From the UHGV virus genome UHGV-0164984: a DNA stretch of 35,681 bases, one strand, 5' to 3'. The DNA comes from a virus. A program made the position numbers and the translations under genes. The notes under the pieces were generated by a model. It worked only from the letters and a program-made list of their open reading frames with translations, had not been told where the DNA came from and did no database searches. This document shows positions 1-7,004 of the stretch, piece by piece (position 1 is the stretch's first letter; the number at the start of each line of letters is the position of its first letter).

Positions 1-262
1 CATGGACCTGCAAAACGGTACGACGCTGGAACCCTGACTGAAAGCCGCCGTGCGTCAGGAATACGCCGATTCTAACCAGGTGAAAGTTAATGACGATGGC
101 AAATTTAATAATGATGTGGCTGGAACCCGTGGCGTTTATCAGGCTGGGATAAGGTCATCGTTTACCCCGACGTTAAGCGGTCATTTGTCAGTCAGCTATG
201 GCAATGGCGCAGGGGTAGAATCGCCGTGGAATACTCAGGCGGGTGTGGTCTGGACGTTCTGA
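1..262 (+). CDS. 3' end of host outer-membrane beta-barrel / autotransporter-like protein (partial, continues upstream of window)
   Basis: Frame open from window edge to TGA at 260-262; C-terminus ...GVVWTF ends in an aromatic residue as in OMP beta-barrels; converges on the tRNA fragment; lies outside the att junction. Confidence 0.45.
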
Positions 263-323
263 TAACAAAAAATAAACAGGCTGTGATGTGTCACGGTCTG
301 TTTATCGAATTAATTGCAGATAT

Positions 324-356
324 AAAAAAAACCAACCGTAAAGGTTGGTTTTTTCT
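324..356. terminator. Bidirectional intrinsic terminator between host gene and tRNA fragment
   Basis: A-run, stem ACCAACC (331-337) / GGTTGGT (343-349), then T-run 350-355. Confidence 0.6.
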
Positions 357-365
357 TGGGATTTT

Positions 366-414
366 TGGTCGGCACGAGAGGATTTGAACCTCCGACCCCC
401 GACACCCCATGACG
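366..414 (-). tRNA. Partial tRNA-Pro, 3' terminal 49 nt only (prophage attR-type core copy)
   Basis: Reverse complement reads CGTCATGGGGTGTCGGGGGTCGGAGGTTCAAATCCTCTCGTGCCGACCA, which matches my recollection of the 3' part of E. coli tRNA-Pro(GGG) from anticodon loop through CCA; sequence 5' of it (415 onward) does not continue a tRNA. Confidence 0.65.
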
Positions 415-943
415 CCGCTTATAAACTGCTGAGAACCGCACCATTTCTGATGTTAGGTACTATTCGCATGTATAAACAAACAGTGCTTATTTAGCAAAAT
501 CTGCTCTATGTACATCAATGACTTAGGTGGTGGTTTCTCCCCATCATCTTTTCAAGAATCACCTCAGATTGGACCGTGCATATAGGTAACTCAATCAAAT
601 CTGTAGAACAAATCGTACAATACCATATTGAGTGTTGGATGTTGGCGACAGCCCGTCTGGCAGTCATCTTGCTTTTATATGTCCCAGATAATCGCCTTCT
701 GTTCCGGCATGTGACTAAAATGCGTTCTTCGTTCATAGCAGCATACCCCTTGTTAAAGGATTACGTTGCATCGACCAGTTTAACGCATAACTCGACGCTG
801 ACGTTTTGTTTTTGAAAATGAGCTGGTTTGACATTTTTCTGAAAATTATAATGACATTAAGATTAATAAAATATATATTTCAAATAGAAATGCAAGGAAT
901 GTGTTTTAAAATGTTTACTTTCTGTTTTGAGTTAAATACAAAA

Positions 944-1720
944 ATGAAAAAATTTAAGAAACACTGTATTGGTTGTGATAAAAAAATGAAGAATCCAACT
1001 AAAGAACATTTTTGGCCCAAATGGCTTATCAAACATACCAAAATGGAAAAACACAAAATAGCTTGGTTTAACGGAAAGAGAATACCGCCGTTAACTGCCA
1101 CAATCCCTCTTTGTGCGGAATGCAATTCAGAATTAGGAGGGAAGTTAGAGGATCCAATGAAGAATCTCTTAATTGATATTGAGTCTGGTAAAGGGATATC
1201 CGATAACGAAGCTGAGGTATTTATCCGATGGGCTTGGAAAATGGAAGGATTCTCATGGAGATTGGTTCTACCTGATGGGAATTATTCATCTGTTTATACA
1301 GTTAAAGATAGGGTATTAAAGAAAATAGATCAAATTAGAGGTGAACTGGTTTTAGCTATAGCCCTTGTCGAAGATGCATACGAGGGAAGAGAATATCTTC
1401 CGATGGGATTATGCAACTTCAACGAAGTCAATGCAATCATTGTATCAGGCGTTATAGGCCATGTGGCTTTTATTGTTCTTACTGAAGATCAAATTGGTAA
1501 ACTGCCTATAAATTATTCTTATTATAGATTAAATCCCTTGCGTGATAATTTGGGGGACGCAAAACTTTTTTATCCAGCGATTGGATTCAAAACGTTTCGT
1601 CAGGCACAAAATTTAACAAGATATGCTGCGCAATTAATATCCTATTCTCTTGATAAAGAGAAAGGTGACATTTTCAAACAGATAGAAAGAGAAGAAAACG
1701 GCAATGTTATCGTTTATTAA
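944..1720 (+). CDS. AT-rich cargo protein with N-terminal HNH-like zinc-ribbon nuclease motif and unknown C-terminal domain
   Basis: ORF 806-1720; plausible ATG starts at 890, 911 or 944 (806 is TTG). Motif CIGC...KEHFWPKWL...IPLCAECNSELG resembles CxxC...EH...CxxC of HNH nucleases; strongly AT-rich versus flanks; sits between att and int. Confidence 0.55.
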   Translation: MKKFKKHCIGCDKKMKNPTKEHFWPKWLIKHTKMEKHKIAWFNGKRIPPLTATIPLCAECNSELGGKLEDPMKNLLIDIESGKGISDNEAEVFIRWAWKMEGFSWRLVLPDGNYSSVYTVKDRVLKKIDQIRGELVLAIALVEDAYEGREYLPMGLCNFNEVNAIIVSGVIGHVAFIVLTEDQIGKLPINYSYYRLNPLRDNLGDAKLFYPAIGFKTFRQAQNLTRYAAQLISYSLDKEKGDIFKQIEREENGNVIVY

Positions 1721-1841
1721 TTTTTAATAAATTGTGTTGAATTTAGTGTTTGTTTTTAATGATTGAGATTTAAATTATTTTAAGATAGACCAAATCTTGG
1801 TGACTAAATCTAAAATAAAAATTTTTATAATCTCATCTTTT

Positions 1842-1881
1842 GGCATAGAGCTACCTATCCAATCAGGATTAACTCTATGCC
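1842..1881. repeat. 9-bp perfect inverted repeat (GGCATAGAG / CTCTATGCC) with 22-nt spacer, downstream of int
   Basis: Directly read at 1842-1850 and 1873-1881; no adjacent U-tract on either strand so not a classical terminator. Confidence 0.4.
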
Positions 1882-1928
1882 ACTTTAATATTCCAAAATC
1901 CAAAGAAATTTATTGTAGAGAGGGGTTC

Positions 1929-3107
1929 TTAACCAGTTTGAATTTCTCCATGGGGAACAACAACCCAATCTATATGGTTTTGCGTGTAGATCTTCGTCGA
2001 CTTCGCATCGCTATGCGCCATTCGTCCTTGTGGATCAATGCCTTGCTGATCGAAAAGATGCGCTGCTAATGCTCTAATTTCGTGAAAGGTTGGCCTTTCA
2101 TCCATCAGAAGATTGTCGCATAAACCTAACTTGTCGCGCGTAGCTGAAAATGACCGACTCAAATAGTCTGGTGCAACCTGAGTGGGGTGTGAAACCTCTT
2201 TGCTGCGTTTAACCTGCCGTTCTGGGAGCCTGTGAACGACAAACGGACTGGCCACATTATCTCGGCTATCGTCAATTATCCGTTTCAACTCTTCACCAAT
2301 TGGTATTGCAACGTGTGATGCCTCTTTTTTTTGCACTTTTTGCCTGTGGATGTAAAGCGTCCCATATATGCCATTTTGTGGTTGTTCGAACCAGACACAT
2401 CCACATATACCGTCTTTAGGTTCGCGAATTGAGTAACGGATTCGCGATACTTCGAGTCGTGCATGTGTAGTCTGCAATGCTAGGTCCATTGCTGTTCTTA
2501 ACCATGGTGCAGCGGCCTGCCTGATAGCTATAAAATGCTCGAGTGACAGGCGCCGTCTTTTCTTCTCATCAGTCCTACGCATTTTTTTTCTGATGGCCGG
2601 GTTATCCAGCATTAGTGATTCATCGACCGCATAAGAGAACAACTTTTTAAGAAAGCTGACCTTTCTGTTCTGCACATTTGCGGATGCGCTGGCATGATAT
2701 TTGTTGATGTAGGTATTAACGTGTTCAAGTTCGATATCGCATGCCGGAACATTTACGAAAAACGCTTTTACGCGTAGAGCGTCATTTTTCCAGTCATCTA
2801 AGGTGCTTTGGGAAGGACGTTCGTCTTCGATAATCCGGGTCATTATGTGATCAACATGTTCAGCAAATGGTTTTGCTTCTCCGATAACACCGCCAGATTC
2901 TCTAATAAGATTATCTACTGATGGAGATAATTCTGGTCGCATCCTCAGGTTGTACTCTCTGGCGATTGCAATGGCTATTGCCCTATCCTTACCTATATTT
3001 TTCTTCTTTCCGGTAATAAGTGTGAATTTATAAACACCTCGATCTTTATCAAAAATCAGATAATCAGGAAGATGTCTGTATTCTTTTTTACGTGGCCTTG
3101 CCGCCAT
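1929..3107 (-). CDS. Tyrosine-type site-specific integrase
   Basis: 392-394 aa ORF beside att and xis; C-terminal region with conserved R/H/Y-type catalytic residues (…HSDAKSTKIYTQ); second ATG at 3107 has GAGGG SD at 6 nt. Confidence 0.9.
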   Translation of the reverse strand: MAARPRKKEYRHLPDYLIFDKDRGVYKFTLITGKKKNIGKDRAIAIAIAREYNLRMRPELSPSVDNLIRESGGVIGEAKPFAEHVDHIMTRIIEDERPSQSTLDDWKNDALRVKAFFVNVPACDIELEHVNTYINKYHASASANVQNRKVSFLKKLFSYAVDESLMLDNPAIRKKMRRTDEKKRRRLSLEHFIAIRQAAAPWLRTAMDLALQTTHARLEVSRIRYSIREPKDGICGCVWFEQPQNGIYGTLYIHRQKVQKKEASHVAIPIGEELKRIIDDSRDNVASPFVVHRLPERQVKRSKEVSHPTQVAPDYLSRSFSATRDKLGLCDNLLMDERPTFHEIRALAAHLFDQQGIDPQGRMAHSDAKSTKIYTQNHIDWVVVPHGEIQTG

Positions 3108-3109
3108 GG

Positions 3110-3319
3110 TCATCCCTCATTTATTAACTTGCGAACAGCTTGACTAACCATTGAGTCGACTCCCCATTTTTCTGTTTCGCAGACAAAAACAGAACCGTCC
3201 ACGATGCGTCCCATGAGTAGACCGTTCTCGACCCAGCGTTTTATCGTTCGGTTGTCAGGAATTGAGCCATTAGAGAATTCACGGCGTCCCCATTGGCTCG
3301 CTTTCATTAGTTTTGCCAT
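3110..3319 (-). CDS. Excisionase (lambda Xis-like winged helix)
   Basis: MAKLMKASQWGRREFS...TIKRWVENG... parallels lambda Xis (…LQEWNARQRRPRSLETVRRWVREC…); GGAG SD 8 nt upstream of ATG at 3319; stop adjoins int start. Confidence 0.7.
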   Translation of the reverse strand: MAKLMKASQWGRREFSNGSIPDNRTIKRWVENGLLMGRIVDGSVFVCETEKWGVDSMVSQAVRKLINEG

Positions 3320-3380
3320 GGCTGTTTCTCCACTTAGCCCGCTGCACTCGGGCAGTAATATCAAATTCCAGTCCTGATAA

Positions 3381-3596
3381 TTAATTTTGTTCTCTGGTTG
3401 CTACCTGTTTTATTGGCCTGATGCTGTCCAGGATCAGACGGCGACGCATGTTTGGCGCACCCCAACGGTAACCAGTCTTTTTGTCGTAGGATTCACAACG
3501 TCCGGCAACCCAGGACGTTTCAGTGGAATGTAATTTCATCCGCTTTTCACCGTCTCGGGTGATAACAATTCCTGTATGAGTTTTTATCACGCTCAT
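3381..3596 (-). CDS. Hypothetical small prophage protein
   Basis: 71 aa ORF in the leftward operon, start overlapping the upstream gene stop. Confidence 0.45.
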   Translation of the reverse strand: MSVIKTHTGIVITRDGEKRMKLHSTETSWVAGRCESYDKKTGYRWGAPNMRRRLILDSIRPIKQVATREQN

Positions 3597-3955
3597 TTCT
3601 TAGTCTCCGGTGCTTTCGGCATTACTGCCCAGTGAGTGATATTGACGTTTTCAAGGTCCCCGACCTGAAATGTCCACTGCCATTCTCCGGTTTCTTTTTG
3701 CCCCCATGTGTACCAGAGAGAACGCCAGCCAATCAGCCAGCCTTCTCCACTAGCATCAAATAACAGAACACTTTCATTTGCTGGTGGCAGTTCAGCTGAC
3801 ACTGGTATTATTTTGTTTTCCAGTGCCGCACATTTAGCTTCAAGCGCGTTGAATTTACGTACTAGGTACTCAGCATTTGTTTCGTTCACTTTCAGATCTC
3901 GCGGTACACATTTCCCGCGAAGAAACCCTTCCATTTCGAAAACATTCATGCGCAT
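3593..3955 (-). CDS. Hypothetical prophage protein
   Basis: 120 aa ORF, Trp-rich C-terminal half, overlaps neighbouring gene ends (operon). Confidence 0.5.
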   Translation of the reverse strand: MRMNVFEMEGFLRGKCVPRDLKVNETNAEYLVRKFNALEAKCAALENKIIPVSAELPPANESVLLFDASGEGWLIGWRSLWYTWGQKETGEWQWTFQVGDLENVNITHWAVMPKAPETKK

Positions 3956-4482
3956 TTGCGTAACTCCGATAACTCGTTAAAACGTTCCATAAACATCCCG
4001 TAGGCCTGGCCCGGTGCCAGTGGAATCACGTTGAACATCTCTGTTGCCGGGATGCCTTCCAGTACAGGCCAGAAAGAGCCATCATCAAGCCCGAGATCGC
4101 GGCGTTCGGTTGCCAGCATGATGAGATCGGCATATTTCACATGCGTGCTCATAACCGGGGGTAACCCGTATTTCTCACGGATTACGGCGTCTATTTTTTC
4201 TTCCATCCGTTTATAGTCAGGAAGAAGGCGTTTCAGTGGAGCCGGGATGTCCTGGCAATACGCTTCTGTTGCATCATGCATTAACGCTTCAAAAGCAAAT
4301 TCCTGCGGTACCAGCTGGCTGCAAAGCACCGCATGTTGGGCGACGCTGTAGAAGTGTGAAAGATGTCCTGCAAAGCGACAGATATTTGAAAGGGAAACCG
4401 CGATATCGTTAATAACGATGTCGTCTTTATTTATCCTGTCATAATAAAAATGCTTCCCGGAAAAAGTTTTAATAAATGACAT
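3946..4482 (-). CDS. HD-domain metal-dependent phosphohydrolase
   Basis: His...HD motifs (FAGHLSH...LMHDATEAY); ATG at 4482 preceded by GGAGA SD; ORF track extends to a GTG at 4509. Confidence 0.8.
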   Translation of the reverse strand: MSFIKTFSGKHFYYDRINKDDIVINDIAVSLSNICRFAGHLSHFYSVAQHAVLCSQLVPQEFAFEALMHDATEAYCQDIPAPLKRLLPDYKRMEEKIDAVIREKYGLPPVMSTHVKYADLIMLATERRDLGLDDGSFWPVLEGIPATEMFNVIPLAPGQAYGMFMERFNELSELRKCA

Positions 4483-4606
4483 TTTGTTCTCCACGTATAT
4501 GCGCTGCACCGCGCTGAATTCGGGTAAAAGGAAGCCCTCACCGTCCGGCGATTATTGAGTCAATTACATTTCCATAAATGCCCCCGTAGGGGCGGTTAGT
4601 TTCTCC

Positions 4607-4695
4607 ACAAAACAGAGAAGAACACCTGTGGTGGCAGCCGCCCGGATGGATTGGGTTATGAGCCCGTCGTCCGATGATGCTCTTCTCTGTTTTGT
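4607..4695. repeat. Perfect 15-bp inverted repeat (ACAAAACAGAGAAGA / TCTTCTCTGTTTTGT) enclosing 59 nt, within GC-rich ORF-poor spacer
   Basis: Arms at 4607-4621 and 4681-4695 are exact reverse complements; flanked by hairpins at about 4580-4593 and 4706-4739. Confidence 0.6.
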
Positions 4696-4740
4696 AAAAA
4701 GGACGGTACCAGCCGGAAGCAAGGGTACAAGCTGGTACCG
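4696..4740 (-). terminator. Candidate intrinsic terminator for leftward transcripts
   Basis: On the minus strand: stem GGTACCAGC / GCTGGTACC (9 bp, extendable) followed by UUUUU (plus-strand A-run 4696-4700). Confidence 0.45.
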
Positions 4741-4960
4741 CCAAGACAACACACAGCATAAAGTTGTGGTGCCGGGTGCCTCCCGGTGCCTGGCGAAGGT
4801 TGTACACCAGACGGGTGGGTATCCACAGAAGGTCGACTGTCAGCCTCAACCTTAACCCGCGTGCGCTGAGCCGCATTCACCACAACGCTAAGGATTCTCT
4901 CTGGTTGAAAATACTTAGCTGTTATGTGCCTGCTTTTAGCCACATCAGGCGAGGTGGACC

Positions 4961-4995
4961 TGGTTATTCCCCAACAACAAGGATTCGGTATAATC
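4961..4995 (+). promoter_or_regulatory. Candidate sigma70 promoter for rightward accessory operon
   Basis: Perfect TATAAT at 4989-4994 about 30 nt upstream of the first micro-ORF; -35 region weak. Confidence 0.35.
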
Positions 4996-5026
4996 TGGAT
5001 ATCCCAACAACAGGTAGGAAGGAAAT

Positions 5027-5110
5027 ATGTACGTAGATAGCAATGAAAAATTTCATGTTCCGGTAAATCAGAGACCAGCACCGATCCCTGAGCCGAAACC
5101 TGAAATGTAA
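5027..5110 (+). CDS. Proline-rich micro-ORF A (27 aa; MYVDSNEKFHVPVNQRPAPIPEPKPEM)
   Basis: Strong SD AGGAAGG 4-5 nt upstream of ATG; shares an HVP...RP.P.PEPKP motif with two downstream micro-ORFs. Confidence 0.4.
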   Translation: MYVDSNEKFHVPVNQRPAPIPEPKPEM

Positions 5111-5120
5111 GGGAATAGAG

Positions 5121-5600
5121 ATGACTCGAGACGATCTAGCATTCGATATTCATTATTCTTTCTTTCTTGAGAAAATGAATTACACCCTTTTAAATCGGAT
5201 AGACAAGAGCATAACTCTTGTTCTCATTGTCTTGGGCTTTTCTGTTTTTGCGCCATATAGCAATATGTTTATTTTTGGCGCATCTGTAGCTATTTTGTCG
5301 GTGCTTCAATTGGTATACCAATTTGGGCAGGAAGCTGGCTTATCAAAGGAACAGATGCGACAGTATAAAAGGTTGATTGTTGAGTTTTCCTCCCTTTCTG
5401 ATGACGAACTACGCACTCGGTTTTTAAAGGTTCAAGACGCTGATAGTAATCCATGGAGATCTTTACAAGATGCTGCGTTCAAACGGACCTGTATTGCGCT
5501 GGGACGTGTTGATGAGTCAGAAATATCATTCATGCATAGCGTTATCGCATGGTTTGCTGGAGATTTGCCTCGGTCAAAAAGGTGTAATAATGACAAATAG
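5121..5600 (+). CDS. Small membrane protein, two predicted TM helices, unknown function
   Basis: 159 aa; hydrophobic stretch LVLIVLGFSVFAPYSNMFIFGASVAILSVLQLVY; AT-rich; in immunity-adjacent position on strand opposite to cI. Confidence 0.6.
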   Translation: MTRDDLAFDIHYSFFLEKMNYTLLNRIDKSITLVLIVLGFSVFAPYSNMFIFGASVAILSVLQLVYQFGQEAGLSKEQMRQYKRLIVEFSSLSDDELRTRFLKVQDADSNPWRSLQDAAFKRTCIALGRVDESEISFMHSVIAWFAGDLPRSKRCNNDK

Positions 5601-5706
5601 AATTCCCATAATCCCTAACCATGTACCTCCAAAGCCCAGACCACCATCACCAAAGTCACACAGGCTTTATGAGTATGAATTAATAATGGATTCTATATTG
5701 AGATGA
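5590..5706 (+). CDS. Proline-rich micro-ORF B (38 aa; ...IPNHVPPKPRPPSPKSHR...)
   Basis: ATG at 5590 overlaps the upstream gene end; AGGTG SD; motif paralogous to micro-ORFs A and C. Confidence 0.35.
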   Translation: MTNRIPIIPNHVPPKPRPPSPKSHRLYEYELIMDSILR

Positions 5707-5710
5707 CCAA

Positions 5711-5800
5711 ATGAATGCATTTATATATACATGGAAAGAGGATCATATACCCTTAAAACCTCGTCCTTCACCGCCAGAACCGAAGCCAAAATCCCGTTAA
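5711..5800 (+). CDS. Proline-rich micro-ORF C (29 aa; MNAFIYTWKEDHIPLKPRPSPPEPKPKSR)
   Basis: Starts 5 nt after micro-ORF B stop; same HIP.KPRP.PPEPKP motif encoded with synonymous codon differences. Confidence 0.35.
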   Translation: MNAFIYTWKEDHIPLKPRPSPPEPKPKSR

Positions 5801-5837
5801 GTGTTGGGGATCTCCAGATTGTTAAAGAGCGAAGCGT

Positions 5838-5866
5838 CCTATAGGGCGCTTTTTTGTTGCTAACGA
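5838..5866 (+). terminator. Intrinsic terminator ending the rightward accessory operon
   Basis: Stem AAGCGTCC / GGGCGCTT with loop TATA, followed by TTTTTTG. Confidence 0.5.
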
Positions 5867-5929
5867 ATCATCCTGGACTTCATATGCCCCAGGCGGCTAC
5901 TTCGTGGGCGTCCTGCCTGTTCGTTGTTT

Positions 5930-5970
5930 CGCTTGGGTACATTATGTATCTCAAAGGTACATTGTCAAGT
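5930..5970 (-). promoter_or_regulatory. Candidate pL-like early-left promoter with CI operator half-sites
   Basis: On minus strand TTGACA (plus 5963-5968), 16-17 nt, CATAAT/ATAATG (plus 5940-5946); GGTACA half-sites at 5936-5941 and 5956-5961 resemble the cI-cro operators. Confidence 0.45.
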
Positions 5971-5997
5971 ATAAAAAAACCTGCCGAAGCAGGTTCA
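5971..5997 (-). terminator. Intrinsic terminator downstream of cI
   Basis: On minus strand stem AACCTGC / GCAGGTT with loop TTCG then UUUUUUUAU, immediately after the cI stop. Confidence 0.55.
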
Positions 5998-6007
5998 TAA
6001 ACATTGA

Positions 6008-6682
6008 TTAGGCTTTGATTTTGTATCTTCTTGGTTTTCCTGAGAAAATCACTGTACCAATTATAGAGCAATTACCGTTGATCTTAATGTAAGGCTCAGG
6101 CCAGTTTGGGTTTAACGCTTTGAGATAACGCTGTGTCCCATCTTCTATCAACCTTTTGAAGGTGGTTTCACCTGTATCGTGCATCAATGCAATAACGTCG
6201 TCACCGTGGCAGGCAGGTACTTCAGGATCGACAAAAATCATGTCTCCCGGGCGGTACTCATCAATCATTGAATCACCTATCACCCGCAAGATATAAGTCA
6301 TTTCCCCACAGGGTACAGGGCAGGGATACGTTTCTGCTGTGCTCAAATCAACCTCAGAATATCCAACTTCTTTCCATGCTCCGGCCTGTACCCATGATAT
6401 GACAGGGACTAATGTGATTTGTTTATTAGTGATTGAAACATCAGGTTTTTTTGTGATGTTCGTTGTCTGGTGTTCTTGATCGAGCCATCCGACAGGCAGG
6501 TCGAAACATTTTTCGATGTGTCGTGCCATGCTGTCACCGATATTTTTAGTAGCACCATCTCCCATAAACCTGCTGGTCTGGGTTGGCTCGCGATCAATCA
6601 TAGTGGCAAAGGAAGAATTCCCGCCAACACCATCTCTCAGTTTTCTGGCGTTAGACCGCCGGATGTCATGGATTGTTTTCAT
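6008..6682 (-). CDS. CI-type phage repressor (HTH + S24 LexA-like peptidase domain)
   Basis: 224 aa; C-terminal GDSM serine motif and downstream Lys (TFKRL) typical of S24 autoproteolytic repressors; divergent from cro with operators between. Confidence 0.9.
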   Translation of the reverse strand: MKTIHDIRRSNARKLRDGVGGNSSFATMIDREPTQTSRFMGDGATKNIGDSMARHIEKCFDLPVGWLDQEHQTTNITKKPDVSITNKQITLVPVISWVQAGAWKEVGYSEVDLSTAETYPCPVPCGEMTYILRVIGDSMIDEYRPGDMIFVDPEVPACHGDDVIALMHDTGETTFKRLIEDGTQRYLKALNPNWPEPYIKINGNCSIIGTVIFSGKPRRYKIKA

Positions 6683-6688
6683 AACGAA

Positions 6689-6768
6689 ATTAAAACCCTT
6701 GTACCGTTAAGGTACAAGTATCTTGAAGGTTCATTTCAATCATGTAATATGTACACCAGAGGTACATA
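6689..6768. promoter_or_regulatory. Divergent pRM/pR region with palindromic operators
   Basis: Perfect palindrome CTTGTACC-GTTAA-GGTACAAG at 6698-6718; second site ATGTAC-N7-GTACAT at 6749-6767; pR-like TTGAAG (6723-6728) 16 nt TAATAT (6745-6750). Confidence 0.55.
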
Positions 6769-6772
6769 TTGT

Positions 6773-6973
6773 ATGAAAGCGTATTGGGACTCTTTAACCA
6801 AAGAACAGCAGGGCGAGTTGGCCGGAAAAGTTGGCTCAACACCTGGCTACTTACGGCTGGTTTTCAATGGCTATAAAAAAGCCAGTTTTGTGCTGGCTAA
6901 AAAACTTGAGCAATGCACGTCAGGTGCAATTACGAAATCTGACTTAAGACCGGATATCTATCCGAAAGATTAG
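6773..6973 (+). CDS. Cro-like HTH regulator
   Basis: 66 aa ORF divergent from cI immediately downstream of operator region; HTH-like GKVGSTPGYLRLVFNGYKK. Confidence 0.75.
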   Translation: MKAYWDSLTKEQQGELAGKVGSTPGYLRLVFNGYKKASFVLAKKLEQCTSGAITKSDLRPDIYPKD

Positions 6974-7004
6974 CAGAACACTTTCAATTTTTAACCACAG
7001 AACG

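Noticed and set aside
366-445. Complete tRNA gene at the att site
   Set aside because: Only the 3' 49 nt match a tRNA; sequence beyond 414 cannot form D-arm or acceptor 5' strand, so it is a partial att-core copy.
515-815. ORFs 515-736 (-) and 576-815 (+) in the att-proximal spacer
   Set aside because: Mutually overlapping, no SD, no recognisable protein features; likely spurious.
828-852. Perfect TTGACA and TATAAT hexamers upstream of the HNH-like cargo gene
   Set aside because: Hexamers are separated by only 13 bp, not the 16-18 bp needed for sigma70; kept only as a possible weak or coincidental signal.
1797-2069. Plus-strand ORF overlapping the integrase 3' end
   Set aside because: Antisense to a well-supported integrase gene and begins in an AT-rich intergenic tract; spurious.
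4560-4760. Possible retron msr/msd element (long inverted repeats)
   Set aside because: No reverse transcriptase ORF anywhere nearby; inverted repeats are better explained as terminators or regulatory RNA.
4538-5081. Overlapping ORFs on both strands (4538-4876, 4564-4752, 4628-4855, 4656-5081, 4764-5036) in the GC-rich spacer
   Set aside because: Translations are Cys/Trp/Arg-rich and low quality, mutually overlapping, lack SD sequences, and the region is dominated by inverted repeats; treated as noncoding structured DNA/RNA.
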